Part shown: positions 54,068 to 63,966 of the stretch, piece by piece
Layout: each line of letters begins with the position of its first letter
How positions within the stretch are numbered: position 1 is the stretch's first letter
DNA from: an uncultured Candidatus Sumerlaeota bacterium
Lineage (GTDB): Bacteria; Sumerlaeota; Sumerlaeia; SLMS01
NCBI GenBank assembly: GCA_964346275.1
Contig: CAYFUR010000002.1
Span: 36,929 to 100,928, forward strand
Direction: 5' to 3'
Length of the DNA: 64,000 nt
Translations under genes and position numbers: made by a program
The notes under the pieces: generated by a model
Told to the model about the DNA's origin: nothing
Databases searched by the model: none
Seen by the model: the letters and a program-made list of their open reading frames with translations, nothing else

Positions 54068-56233
54068 TCAGCTTCTGGGAGGAGCACCGCGGAGGAGTTG
54101 ATCCACGGTGGTGAATCCGTAACCCCGGCTTTTCAGCTCGGTGATCAGCGAATCCAGCCGGTTATAGAACTTTTCGGTGCGCTTTGGGCTCGAGCCGACA
54201 TGGGTCAGAAGGAGGAAGCCGTTGAGTCCATCCGGCTCCTTGGCCTCAAACTCGAGGATGCTCCTGTAAATCTCGTCGTTGCCACGATAGTTGTCGGCGT
54301 CATCTTCTGTATAGTCGGCATGAGAGAGTGTGCCCGGCGTGAAATTGAAAAGCCGGCGGCCGGCCTCTTCTGACCATTCCACGATTTGCTCGTTATACCA
54401 TTCGTAGGGCGGGATCCACCAGGTCACATCCTGGGGAGAGACGCCAAAGCGCTCGAGATCAGCGATATTCTTATCCAGGTCGTTGGTGAATTCCTCCTTG
54501 GTCACAAGGGTCTTCGAGCGGTCGTCCCAGGGACAATAGAGCAGATGTTTATCAGAGTGAGGGCCGAGGTAATGTCCCGCGTCAACAAGTCGGCGGAGGG
54601 CGGATTCGTTATCCGGCTCGTTGATGAAATCGCCGGTGAAAAAGAAGGAGCCGGGCACGTCCTGCTCCTGAAGTGTATCGAGCACGACATCGATCCCATC
54701 GGCGAAATCTCCGCCGGTAAAGATCAGGACCAGTTCTTTTTCGTTCCTTGGGGCGCGAATCACACCGCCGTGGCTGAATGTATAGCTCACTTCCTTCTTC
54801 TCCCTCTCTTCGCTTTCCGCAGGATTTTCAGGCTCTTCTCCGCGATTGATTTTGACCAGGATTTCGCGTTTCATGGCCGCTTCCATGCGCTCCATCATTT
54901 CTTCCGGCGTCTGGCTGTTCTGGAGCAGCAAATCGATCTGGGGGTTAAAGATGTTGGATTCCAGCACGCCGTAAAGGGGGATTTGAGGGATGCGGCGGGC
55001 TGTGCGGAGCTGCTGCATGAACTTGGGCATGAAGGGATATTTGGTCGTGTCCAACTTTTCCCAGGCGGCCAGGCGGACGGGAATCTGGCCGAGTTCGCTG
55101 GCCCAGCGGCGCTGCACCCGCTCGCTCGTAAAGTAATCGAGAAACTCGAAGGCGACTTCTCGATTTTCGCAGGATCTCATGATGATGCCGGTCTGACCGC
55201 CGACGTTGCTCGATGTATAGGCAAGCTGGCCAAGTTCTTCCACCAGGCCGGGCTCGGCGGGTTGCAGGCCGAGGCGCTCGATCTCTTCTTCGCTCGGGCC
55301 TGGGATGAGCGAGATATCGAAGTCCAATCCGGCGTTGGTAAAATTCTCCACGTTCCATGGGCCGGTCATCACCATGGCGTATTTGCGGTTGATGAAACCG
55401 GCGTCGGGGCTCAGGGCGCTTCGTTTCCATGCGCCGCCCTCGATGCCGCTGTTAGCAAGGGACTGGATGCGTTCCAGCGCCGCAATGCCTTCGGGCGTGT
55501 TCAAATCGGGACTGGCGGTCCCGTCTTCATCATATTTAATAAACCCCACTTCATACATGTTAAAGAAGGGGAAGTTAAACCAGAGGGAGCCATGCATGCC
55601 AAAGCCATGAATCTCGCGTTCTTTATCGGTGAGCACTTTGCCGTAGGCGACCAGTTCCTCCCAGTCTTTCGGCGCCCGGTTGGGATCGAGGCCCGCCTGG
55701 CGCAGTTCCTCGGCCTGCTCGCGAAACATCTCGCGGTTCCAAAAGAGTGCCACCGTGGTTGTTTGTACTGGCAGGCCATAGAGACCCACTTCACCTCTGC
55801 GATTGATCACACCGGCGTTGAAGGAGGCGGAGACAAATTCTTTTCTCGCGCCTTCCAGCGAGCCATAGCGTTGCTTGAAGGTTTCCAATTCATCGAGGCG
55901 CACGAGGGCCCTTCCGAAAGCGAGGTCGGTCACTTTAATGGAATCCATGAAGGCGATGTCGGGGGTAATATTCGCCATGGCCGATGTGCGCAGCTTGGTG
56001 AACATATCGCCGAAGGAGACGAACTGATCGATCACGACAAGATCTTTGCCGTTCTCTTCTTCCCACTGGGTTTCGAAATCCGAAAGGATTTGCCGGAAGA
56101 CCTGGGTTTCCTCTGTATTAAAGCCCTGCCAGATGGAAAGCTCCACTTTCTGGGAATCGCTTGCGGCTTCGCCGGCGCAGGAGTTGAGGACTCCGAAGGT
56201 TAAAACAAGCAGGACGCCAATGAGATATCGCAT
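54068..56233 (-). CDS. Fusion of a carbohydrate ABC substrate-binding lipoprotein (SBP family 1) and a C-terminal polysaccharide deacetylase (CE4/NodB-like) domain
   Basis: Lipobox VLNSCAG. A ~470-aa SBP_bac_1-like part, then an acidic linker EEPENPAESEEREKK, then ~235 aa with LIFTGGDFADG, SFFFTGDF, GPHSDKHLLYCPW (HSxxH, 54545-54559) and WWIPPYEWYN. Confidence 0.75.
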   Translation of the reverse strand: MRYLIGVLLVLTFGVLNSCAGEAASDSQKVELSIWQGFNTEETQVFRQILSDFETQWEEENGKDLVVIDQFVSFGDMFTKLRTSAMANITPDIAFMDSIKVTDLAFGRALVRLDELETFKQRYGSLEGARKEFVSASFNAGVINRRGEVGLYGLPVQTTTVALFWNREMFREQAEELRQAGLDPNRAPKDWEELVAYGKVLTDKEREIHGFGMHGSLWFNFPFFNMYEVGFIKYDEDGTASPDLNTPEGIAALERIQSLANSGIEGGAWKRSALSPDAGFINRKYAMVMTGPWNVENFTNAGLDFDISLIPGPSEEEIERLGLQPAEPGLVEELGQLAYTSSNVGGQTGIIMRSCENREVAFEFLDYFTSERVQRRWASELGQIPVRLAAWEKLDTTKYPFMPKFMQQLRTARRIPQIPLYGVLESNIFNPQIDLLLQNSQTPEEMMERMEAAMKREILVKINRGEEPENPAESEEREKKEVSYTFSHGGVIRAPRNEKELVLIFTGGDFADGIDVVLDTLQEQDVPGSFFFTGDFINEPDNESALRRLVDAGHYLGPHSDKHLLYCPWDDRSKTLVTKEEFTNDLDKNIADLERFGVSPQDVTWWIPPYEWYNEQIVEWSEEAGRRLFNFTPGTLSHADYTEDDADNYRGNDEIYRSILEFEAKEPDGLNGFLLLTHVGSSPKRTEKFYNRLDSLITELKSRGYGFTTVDQLLRGAPPRS

Positions 56234-56239
56234 GGGGAA

Positions 56240-57733
56240 TTACTCCTTCACCGATCCGGCGGTGAGGCCTTGCAGGAAATACTTCTGGAGCGAGAAAAAG
56301 AGTGCCGTGATGGGAAGAATCGAAAAACAGGCCCCCGCCATGATCTTTTCCCATTCGTTGGCATTCTGGCCTTTGAACTGCTGGAGGCCGACGGGAAGCG
56401 TCAGCACTTCTGATGTGCCCGTGTTCACGATCAATTGCCAGAGGAAGTTTGACCATTGCATCACGAAGACGAGGAGGAACAAAGTCATCATGATGGGAAG
56501 ACAGATCGGCACCACGATGGTGTTGAAGATCTGGTAGTCGCGGGCCCCGTCGATCTCGGCCGCGGCAAAAAGGTCGCGCGGAATCTGGTCGATATACTGG
56601 CGCATCAAAAACAACCCAAAGACATTGGCAAGATGGGGCACAACCATGCCAGAGTATGTGTTCATTAAGCCGAGCTGGATCGTGATGCTGAACTGAGGCA
56701 CCATATAGATCATGCCGGGAACAAGCATCGATGTCAGCAGGGCGTAGAACAAACCCTCACGGTAATGGAACGGGAAGACAGCGAAAGCGAAAGAGGCCAG
56801 GCTGCAGATGAGGACGGTGAGAAAGGCGGAGGATGTCGCAACGATCAGCGAGTTGAGGAAGTAGCGCGCAAAGTCGAAATCCTCGTTGCCGATAATCGCC
56901 GTGAAGTTTGTGATCGTATATTTTTCGGAAAGCGCTGCGCCGAAAGATCGCTTCTCGATTACGCGGAAGGGGCCGAAGTTCTCTGCCGGAAAATCTCCTT
57001 CGAAATAGCCTTCGCCGACATGCTCGAGAGCGTGGCGTTCACCGCCCTGGAAACGCACAAAAACGCGGTGCTCTGGATCGACCCGGCCTATGCGGGCGCG
57101 TACCTGGCCCTGTTCTCGAACAACGAGGAACTCCGGCAGCCCGCCAATATGAATAATCCCGGGCTCGAGGAAATACCCCCCTTCGGGCATCCCGGGATCG
57201 GTGACGACTTGCTCCTCGTTGATTTCGAAGGAGACTTCGATCTCTTCCTCCGAGTATCCTTCCACAAGACCATACCATATTCCGTTAAAGGCGCGCCGCA
57301 TTCGCCAGGCTCGCTCGACCTCGATCGGGCTGTTCTGGGTGCTCAGGGCCTGTTGGGTAATTGCCACCACAGAGGTCGCCTGGGGGGCGTAGTACTCCAC
57401 GTGAAGAAGCGCCGTCTCGCGATCTTCAAGACCCGCCTCGATGCGGAGTTCTTCTTCCCCCTGGAGCAGGGCGGCGCGCTGGTTGGGCTCGGGATAGGGG
57501 TCCCGGCCGGAGGTTGGATGAGTCAGCGTCGTTTGCGGCCAAAAGGAAAGCTGAAAGGCCGTGCCCTTCGTCTTAAAGGCTGTCAGAACCATCCAGAAAA
57601 GCGGAAGGGAAACAAAAACGAGGAAGATGGAGAGACAGAGATAGATGATTGTCGTGCGAAACCGCTCGGCGGTTTGCGGCGAGAGCGGCTGCGAGAGGAC
57701 GTCGATCGGTGTCCGGGGTTTTTTGGCCATCAA
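56240..57733 (-). CDS. MalG/UgpE-like carbohydrate ABC permease with a ~235-aa extracytoplasmic insert after TM1
   Basis: TM1 IIYLCLSIFLVFVSLPLFWMVLTAF. A soluble insert (~56866-57571), then a normal 5-TM core with EAA loop AAAEIDGARDYQIFNTIVVPICLP. Confidence 0.8.
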   Translation of the reverse strand: MMAKKPRTPIDVLSQPLSPQTAERFRTTIIYLCLSIFLVFVSLPLFWMVLTAFKTKGTAFQLSFWPQTTLTHPTSGRDPYPEPNQRAALLQGEEELRIEAGLEDRETALLHVEYYAPQATSVVAITQQALSTQNSPIEVERAWRMRRAFNGIWYGLVEGYSEEEIEVSFEINEEQVVTDPGMPEGGYFLEPGIIHIGGLPEFLVVREQGQVRARIGRVDPEHRVFVRFQGGERHALEHVGEGYFEGDFPAENFGPFRVIEKRSFGAALSEKYTITNFTAIIGNEDFDFARYFLNSLIVATSSAFLTVLICSLASFAFAVFPFHYREGLFYALLTSMLVPGMIYMVPQFSITIQLGLMNTYSGMVVPHLANVFGLFLMRQYIDQIPRDLFAAAEIDGARDYQIFNTIVVPICLPIMMTLFLLVFVMQWSNFLWQLIVNTGTSEVLTLPVGLQQFKGQNANEWEKIMAGACFSILPITALFFSLQKYFLQGLTAGSVKE

Positions 57734-58681
57734 TTAATCCCTCGGAGACAGAACTCGGAAATTGATCCAGCTAATGACAACCGCAATTAACAGCAGAACG
57801 AAACTGATAGCGGCCGCCTCGCCATACATCGACTGGTCGAAAACTTTGAAGAGGTGATAACCGCTGATGCGGGCGCTTTGCAGTGTTCGCCCGGCCACCT
57901 CGATACTGGTGCCGCCGGTATCATCGGTCATGGAATAGATTTCCGCAAAAGCGTTGAGCGCCATCATCGTTCCCGTGATGGAAAGGAAGAGGATGATCGG
58001 CTTGAGAAGCGGGATCGTGATATTGAAAAGCTTTTGAGTGCGGTTCGCACCGTCCACGTCGGCGGCTTCGAAGATCGATTGGTTGATGCTGTTGAGGCTT
58101 GTCAAGAACAGGATCATCCCGAAACCGGCGTTTTTGAGCACCATGGCGAGGGCAATTGCCGGCAGCGTGGTGTAGGGATTATTGAGAACGCCCTGGCCCG
58201 CAAGACCGTCGAGGCCGGCCCAGTTCAAAAGCTGGGAGAAGATTCCGCCGTTGGGATTGTATATCAGCAGCCAGATCACGCCCACAACATAGATGTCGAA
58301 GACGTTGGGCAGGTAAAAGCCGCTGCGCATGAAACCAAATCCACGCGCCTTTTTATTCAAGAGCAAGGCGAGGGTCAGCGAGAGCGCGATCCCCGGTACA
58401 ATCGTCAGGACGGCGTAGGCGAAGGTGAGAAACACGGACCACCAGAAGACGGGATCCTGGAGCACCCGGGAGTAATTGCTCACGCCGACAAAATCCATCG
58501 TGCCAAAAAGATCGTAGAAATCCGAATAAATCGTAACCTGGTGGACGGACAGCCAAAGGCTGTAGATCACCGGATACCCCACGAAAACGACGAATACGGC
58601 GAGGAAGGGAAGCAGGTAGGGAAGGGCCCGGAGGTCCTGCTTCAGCGTGATATGGGATTTGCGCACCGCCTTGCTCGACAT
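57734..58681 (-). CDS. MalF/UgpA-like carbohydrate ABC permease
   Basis: 6 TM. EAA loop EAADVDGANRTQKLFNITIPLLKP. The start shares one base with the GH13 stop. Confidence 0.88.
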   Translation of the reverse strand: MSSKAVRKSHITLKQDLRALPYLLPFLAVFVVFVGYPVIYSLWLSVHQVTIYSDFYDLFGTMDFVGVSNYSRVLQDPVFWWSVFLTFAYAVLTIVPGIALSLTLALLLNKKARGFGFMRSGFYLPNVFDIYVVGVIWLLIYNPNGGIFSQLLNWAGLDGLAGQGVLNNPYTTLPAIALAMVLKNAGFGMILFLTSLNSINQSIFEAADVDGANRTQKLFNITIPLLKPIILFLSITGTMMALNAFAEIYSMTDDTGGTSIEVAGRTLQSARISGYHLFKVFDQSMYGEAAAISFVLLLIAVVISWINFRVLSPRD

Positions 58682-61254
58682 CAGTCCTGCTGCTCCTGGG
58701 AAGAACTGGCGACGTGATAGACCGTTCCCGAAACGCCGGGCAAGGTGATTGTCATCGTATGAGAAGGCCAGATGCTTCTCGACGCCGCGGGACCATAGAG
58801 CAAGTCCACCTCGGCAAAGCCCTCCGGCAGAATATCCGCGGGGGCTTCGATCGTCAGGATTTGTTTCTCACTGCTGTTGTTCATGACGACAAGCAGGGCG
58901 GAATTTTCCCCGGGTAGAGAGCGGAGGTATCCAAAGGAATCCTTCTCGTCGTCGGCCAGGACCGTGCGATAATTTCCCCGGCGAAGCTCGGGATGTTCCG
59001 CGCGAAGATGGAACAGCTCGCGGAATGTTTCGCGGAGCCCCGAATCGATCCGGTAGCCGGGGTTTTCATAGGGCATGAGGCCGGGCCACCACATGGGCAG
59101 ACGGCACATGGGATCGTCGGCGCCATACATGCCCACTTCGGTGCCGTACCAAATCATCGGGGCGCCGACATACGTGGTCTGAAAAAGCGCCATCAGAGCC
59201 AGGCGCTCGAAATGGGCCGGTTTGGGGCGCGTATAGTCGTAGTCTTCGCCGCCGGGATCCTGGATTCGGTTCTCCCCGTCATAGGGGCGGTCGGGGTTCT
59301 TGATGCGGGAAGACCACCGATCGGTGTCGTGGCTGTCGTAGAGATTCTGCTGCACGTATGTCGTTGCGCGGGGATACTGCGTCCTCAGCCAGCCGAGGCG
59401 CCGGTCGAATTCCGTGGCGCTGATCTTTTCTTCCTTGTCCGCAAAGAAATTGAAGGCGCGGCGCGAGAAGGGATAATTCATCAGGGCATCAAAGGTCTCG
59501 CCATCGACCCACTGGGGCTCGACTTGCCAGACCTCGCCGACGATATACGCGTCGGGATTGATGGATTTGACGTGGTCGCGCCAGTTCTCCCAGAAGACCT
59601 TGGGAATCTCGAAGGGGACATCGAGGCGCCAGCCATCCACGCCATCGCTGGGATCGCCGTCGCCATTCGGGTCCATCCATCGGCTGGTCACATCGTATAT
59701 ATGCTGGCGAAGGCTTTCCGAAGCCAGGCCGTGTTCCTCGTTTTTGCGGAATTCCGGCAGGCCGTCGAAACCGGCCCAGCCCTCGTATTCAAAGGGCTCC
59801 CAGCTTTCGATGATATACCAGTCGGCAAAAGGCGAATCCTTTCCGTTTTCCTTCACGTCGAGAAACGGCACCGCGTCGTCGCCGAGGTGGTTGAAAACAC
59901 CGTCGATGATAATGCGCATATCGCGTTTGTGGGCTTCTTCCACCAGATCGAGAAACTTCTGATCGGATTCGTTGAACTCCCAGGTGGACGCATCGAGAAG
60001 GTTTTCCTTCTCCGCGGATTCGGCGAACTCGCCGGCGACGCCATAGCCGTCATCGGCATGCACAAAGCTCTTGCCATTGTATTTATGGGCGCTCGTCGCC
60101 TCGAAAACCGGGTTCAAGTAGAGCGCGTTGATGCCCAGAGAGTCCAGGTAGTCCAGGCGGTCGATCACGCCCTGGAAGTCTCCTCCGTATAGACGCGACC
60201 AGATATCGGGAAAATTGTTTCCGTCGCCGTCATAGGTAAAGAGTTCCTCGGCGGAGAGCTTGCCTTCCCCCGGCACCGTAAAGAAATCGAGGGTCCAGGG
60301 GCGTGTTTCCTCCGATCGGCCCGTGCCGGCGGTATATTCCGGGTTGTTCATGGGATCGCCGTCGCGAAAGCGGTCCACCATGATCTGATACCAGATGGCG
60401 TCGCGGGCCCAATCGGGCGTTTCGGCTTGCGGGATGCCTTCCCAGCGAACCGGGAAGGCCTTCTCCGTGGTGGCGGATGCGCCCCCGTCGTGGAGTTTGA
60501 AATGATAACCCGCAGGCGCACTTTGTCCCTGTTCGCTGAAAAGATGGTACTCCCAGTAATCGAACAGCTCGTCCGTGCCGGTCAGGATCATTTCCGCCTG
60601 CCCCGTTTCCTGGCCTTGCTGGTCAACAAAAACGATTTCCGCGCGTTGGATATCATCTCGAAGAATTCGGAATCGGATAAGGGCATCGCCCTCAGAGGCG
60701 GCATCGTAAAAGGTAAAATCATCCTGGTGGTGCTCGAACCCGCGCATCTCGATCCTGCCGTCCCCTTTGGCGACCTCCAGGCCGCCAAGCATGGCGAAAA
60801 CGCCCAGGCGAAGCACGGAGTTCTCGCCGCCGTGCCCGTCCGGTGTGCCAGCCGGGTTTTGCGGGTCGGAATACCACCCATCCTCCCCCGCCGCGAACTT
60901 GTAGAGATGCTCGCCGGCAGAGAGCGTAGCCGTTGCCGCGTAGATGCCGTCTTGATCGGAGTCCGTCATGGGATGGCTGGTTCTGTTCCATGCGTTGAAG
61001 CTTCCCACGAGGGCGGGATTCTCCGGCTCAGCCTCGGGATCCCATTGGAATTCCACATCATAGAGACCGCCGCCAATGCTCCAGGCCTGGACGCTCGGAG
61101 GGGTGGGGAAGTCCACTGGCGTGCGGGTTTCGGAAGCTTCGCCGGGCACGGGTCCAGCCTGCGGGGACGCGGGGTTTATCACCAAGAAGGTGGCCGCGCA
61201 AGCCACTAGAACGGTGGAAAAAGGGACGGTTTTCAGTCTCATGAAGGCTCTCAT
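58681..61254 (-). CDS. Secreted GH13 alpha-glucan hydrolase (neopullulanase/cyclomaltodextrinase-like) with N-terminal CBM48/E-set-like module
   Basis: Signal peptide. LVGSFNAWNRTSHPMT...YKF (CBM48-like). GH13 regions GINALYLNPVFE, IIIDGVFNHLG, VDGWRLDVPFEIP, YIVGEVW, LYDSHDTDR. Confidence 0.88.
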   Translation of the reverse strand: MRAFMRLKTVPFSTVLVACAATFLVINPASPQAGPVPGEASETRTPVDFPTPPSVQAWSIGGGLYDVEFQWDPEAEPENPALVGSFNAWNRTSHPMTDSDQDGIYAATATLSAGEHLYKFAAGEDGWYSDPQNPAGTPDGHGGENSVLRLGVFAMLGGLEVAKGDGRIEMRGFEHHQDDFTFYDAASEGDALIRFRILRDDIQRAEIVFVDQQGQETGQAEMILTGTDELFDYWEYHLFSEQGQSAPAGYHFKLHDGGASATTEKAFPVRWEGIPQAETPDWARDAIWYQIMVDRFRDGDPMNNPEYTAGTGRSEETRPWTLDFFTVPGEGKLSAEELFTYDGDGNNFPDIWSRLYGGDFQGVIDRLDYLDSLGINALYLNPVFEATSAHKYNGKSFVHADDGYGVAGEFAESAEKENLLDASTWEFNESDQKFLDLVEEAHKRDMRIIIDGVFNHLGDDAVPFLDVKENGKDSPFADWYIIESWEPFEYEGWAGFDGLPEFRKNEEHGLASESLRQHIYDVTSRWMDPNGDGDPSDGVDGWRLDVPFEIPKVFWENWRDHVKSINPDAYIVGEVWQVEPQWVDGETFDALMNYPFSRRAFNFFADKEEKISATEFDRRLGWLRTQYPRATTYVQQNLYDSHDTDRWSSRIKNPDRPYDGENRIQDPGGEDYDYTRPKPAHFERLALMALFQTTYVGAPMIWYGTEVGMYGADDPMCRLPMWWPGLMPYENPGYRIDSGLRETFRELFHLRAEHPELRRGNYRTVLADDEKDSFGYLRSLPGENSALLVVMNNSSEKQILTIEAPADILPEGFAEVDLLYGPAASRSIWPSHTMTITLPGVSGTVYHVASSSQEQQD

Positions 61255-61467
61255 TGGGAATCAAAAAGTCGCGCAAAAAGACAAACTATTGCACAAATCA
61301 AAAGAGAGGAGCGCGCCAGGCCAATTCGTCCGGAATAGTCCAGGAGGTTCCTGTTAAGATGGGGATTGGAGCGGCACACATGCCTCAGGTCAAGAGTAAC
61401 TTGTTTCGTGACAATGCGCGTGGAATAAAGATATGTGTGCAAAAATTACCTTCGATTGAACAGCCGC

Positions 61468-61496
61468 TTGACCTGGCCCCGGCGCCCGTCTAACGT
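61468..61496 (+). promoter_or_regulatory. Possible sigma-70-type promoter of the GH13 lipoprotein gene
   Basis: TTGACC, a 17-nt spacer, then TAACGT. It lies 35 nt upstream of ATG 61531, which has a GGAAGGAG RBS. Hexamer match only. Confidence 0.3.
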
Positions 61497-61530
61497 GCCG
61501 TTTATTCTCCGACCCGGAAGGAGTCGCTCG

Positions 61531-63966
61531 ATGAAGCGTTGCCTGTCCCTTACCCTGGCTTTTCTGCTGGCTGGCTGCTCGGGGCTTGTTCCCTGGCAGA
61601 CGGAAGACCGTCCGCCGGCGAAATCGAAAATTATCTGGCAAAAAGATGGAAGCCCGGTCCCGCTGGATGCCGTTCGGCTGACATCGGGCGAGAGCAAATC
61701 GGTCCCGCTGGTCGGCAGCGCCGGGGAGGAGATCCTGGACATCGTTGATGTGGATGGCCCGGACTTTCTGGAGCTGGCGCCGGACGAAGAGAGAAATCGC
61801 ATCACCATCAAGTCGATGAAGGGAGCAGGCGGCTCCGGTCTTGTTCGCGTTACTGTCAAAACGATACTTGGGGAAAAGACCCTTGCCTTCCCGGTCGTCG
61901 TGAAAGAGCTGCCTCTCACCACATTCACCTACGATCCGCCGGAGGGGAAGGACGTGGAGCAAGTGAATCTGGCCGGGGATTTCAACGGCTGGAGTTCCAA
62001 CGCCGATCCGTTCACCGAAACCGCTGATGGAACCTTCACCCTTGAAAAGGGCATATCGCCAGGGACGTGGAGCTATAAGTTCGTGGTGGATGGCGAGTGG
62101 ATCTCCGACCCCTCGAACCCGAGGACAGACAGCAGCGGATACGGAAACTCGATCATCACCGTGGAGGGCGAGAAGGTCGAAGAGCTGGATTTCGCGGTCT
62201 TGAATTCCGACATGCCAGGCAGCGGACCCCAGGGCGCTTTCCGGGCGATGCTCAACCGCGGCGAGCGTCTCGTTCCGGACTCGATCCATCTGATCGTGAA
62301 TAACCGCCTTATGGACGGCAGTGCCTATACGGCCGATACGGAATCGGGGACGATTCGCTTTGAAGTGCCTTCCAGCGGCTGGTTTTCCGAGAACTATGCC
62401 TGCGTTCGGGCCAAGACGACCAGCGGACGGTCGGGAGTCGTTTCCGCCTTTTTCACCCACAAAGGCGCGCCGCGTTCCCCTCGTGACGAGATCATCTACT
62501 ATACATTGACCGATCGCTTCCGCGACGGCGATCCGGAACTGAACAACCCGGCGGATGATCCACGGGTCGGCCGCCTGGCCAATTACCTCGGCGGCGACTG
62601 GGCCGGCATTCGGGAGAAAATCGATGAAGGATACTTCGATGAACTGGGGGTGACAACGCTCTGGATTTCACCACCCAACAAGAACACCCCAAAGGTGGAA
62701 CAGGAATCGATCGAGCCGGGCCGATTCTTCACGTCCTACCATGGCTACTGGCCAATTTCTTCCACGGAAACGAACGAACAATTCGGAACCATGGAAGACC
62801 TGCGGGGACTTGTCTCCGCCGCTCATGAGCATGACGTCGCGGTGTTGCTGGATTTCGTCGTGAACCACGTCCATGAAGACCACCCCATCTACCAGCGCCA
62901 CCCCGATTGGAACACGCCGCTCATCCTTCCCGACGGCGAAAAAAACATCCGCCTGTTCGACGAGCATCCGTTGACGACCTGGTTCGATACCTTTCTGCCA
63001 ACGCTGAACTATAAGGGGAACGACCGGATCCACAAGATCATGCAGGACAATGCCGTCTATTGGATGGAAGAAACCGGTGCGGATGGGTTTCGACAGGATG
63101 CCGTCAAACACATCCCCATGGAATTCTGGCGGGGACTGACGGCCCGCCTGAACGAGGAATTCCCCGACCGCCTTGTCTACCAGGTGGGCGAAACCATCTC
63201 CGGCTACGACACCGTCGCCAAATACGTCGGGGCGGACCTGATGCCGGGCCAGTTTGATTTTCCCGGGTACTTTGACATGCGCGATGTCATCGCCCGCGGC
63301 GAGGCTCCCATGTCGAACATTGCCGAGTCCTTTGCCAAGGCCAAGCGCTACTATCCCGCGTCCACCACCATGAGCCCCCTCATCGGCAATCATGATGTGA
63401 CGCGCTTCATGGCTTTTGCCGATGGAGACGTGCCCCCGGGAACGGATGAGAAAGAACTGGGCTATGAGAACCCGCCGGTCGTGGACCACGAAAGCAGCTA
63501 CAATAAACTGCGCCTCGCCTATGCCTGGCTCATGACCGTGCCGGGCGCGCCGATGATCTATTACGGCGACGAGATCGGCATGACAGGAGCGGGGGATCCG
63601 GATAACCGGCGGCCGATGATCTGGCGGGACTGGTCGGAGGAGCAGCGAGCCACTTTCGACACCGTGTCCGCTCTTGCGAAGGCGCGCCACGGATCGGTGG
63701 CGCTTCGCCGCGGCGCCGTGCAGGTTCTCCACGCGGCGGAGGAGCGCGTTGTCTATGCGCGCGTGGCACCGGAGGAAGTGGTGCTGGTGGCGCTGACCCG
63801 CGAGCCGGAAACCGGCTCAATCACGCTGGTGCTGCCGGAATACTGGGGCCAGCCTCTGTCGATCACGCCGCTTGTCGATGGGCCCTCCAACGCATTGCTG
63901 GAAGAGTCGCGCCTGCGGATCACCGATCCGGCCTGGGGCTACGGTATTTGGAAGCTCAACTGGTAG
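61531..63966 (+). CDS. GH13 alpha-amylase-family lipoprotein with CBM48/E-set-like module
   Basis: MKRCLSLTLAFLLAGCSG (lipobox). VNLAGDFNGWSSNADPF...YKFVVDGEWISDP. GH13 regions GVTTLWISPP, YHGYW, VLLDFVVNHV, ADGFRQDAVKHIP, YQVGETI, IGNHDVTRF. The track start at 61435 is rejected in favour of the RBS-preceded ATG at 61531. Confidence 0.9.
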   Translation: MKRCLSLTLAFLLAGCSGLVPWQTEDRPPAKSKIIWQKDGSPVPLDAVRLTSGESKSVPLVGSAGEEILDIVDVDGPDFLELAPDEERNRITIKSMKGAGGSGLVRVTVKTILGEKTLAFPVVVKELPLTTFTYDPPEGKDVEQVNLAGDFNGWSSNADPFTETADGTFTLEKGISPGTWSYKFVVDGEWISDPSNPRTDSSGYGNSIITVEGEKVEELDFAVLNSDMPGSGPQGAFRAMLNRGERLVPDSIHLIVNNRLMDGSAYTADTESGTIRFEVPSSGWFSENYACVRAKTTSGRSGVVSAFFTHKGAPRSPRDEIIYYTLTDRFRDGDPELNNPADDPRVGRLANYLGGDWAGIREKIDEGYFDELGVTTLWISPPNKNTPKVEQESIEPGRFFTSYHGYWPISSTETNEQFGTMEDLRGLVSAAHEHDVAVLLDFVVNHVHEDHPIYQRHPDWNTPLILPDGEKNIRLFDEHPLTTWFDTFLPTLNYKGNDRIHKIMQDNAVYWMEETGADGFRQDAVKHIPMEFWRGLTARLNEEFPDRLVYQVGETISGYDTVAKYVGADLMPGQFDFPGYFDMRDVIARGEAPMSNIAESFAKAKRYYPASTTMSPLIGNHDVTRFMAFADGDVPPGTDEKELGYENPPVVDHESSYNKLRLAYAWLMTVPGAPMIYYGDEIGMTGAGDPDNRRPMIWRDWSEEQRATFDTVSALAKARHGSVALRRGAVQVLHAAEERVVYARVAPEEVVLVALTREPETGSITLVLPEYWGQPLSITPLVDGPSNALLEESRLRITDPAWGYGIWKLNW

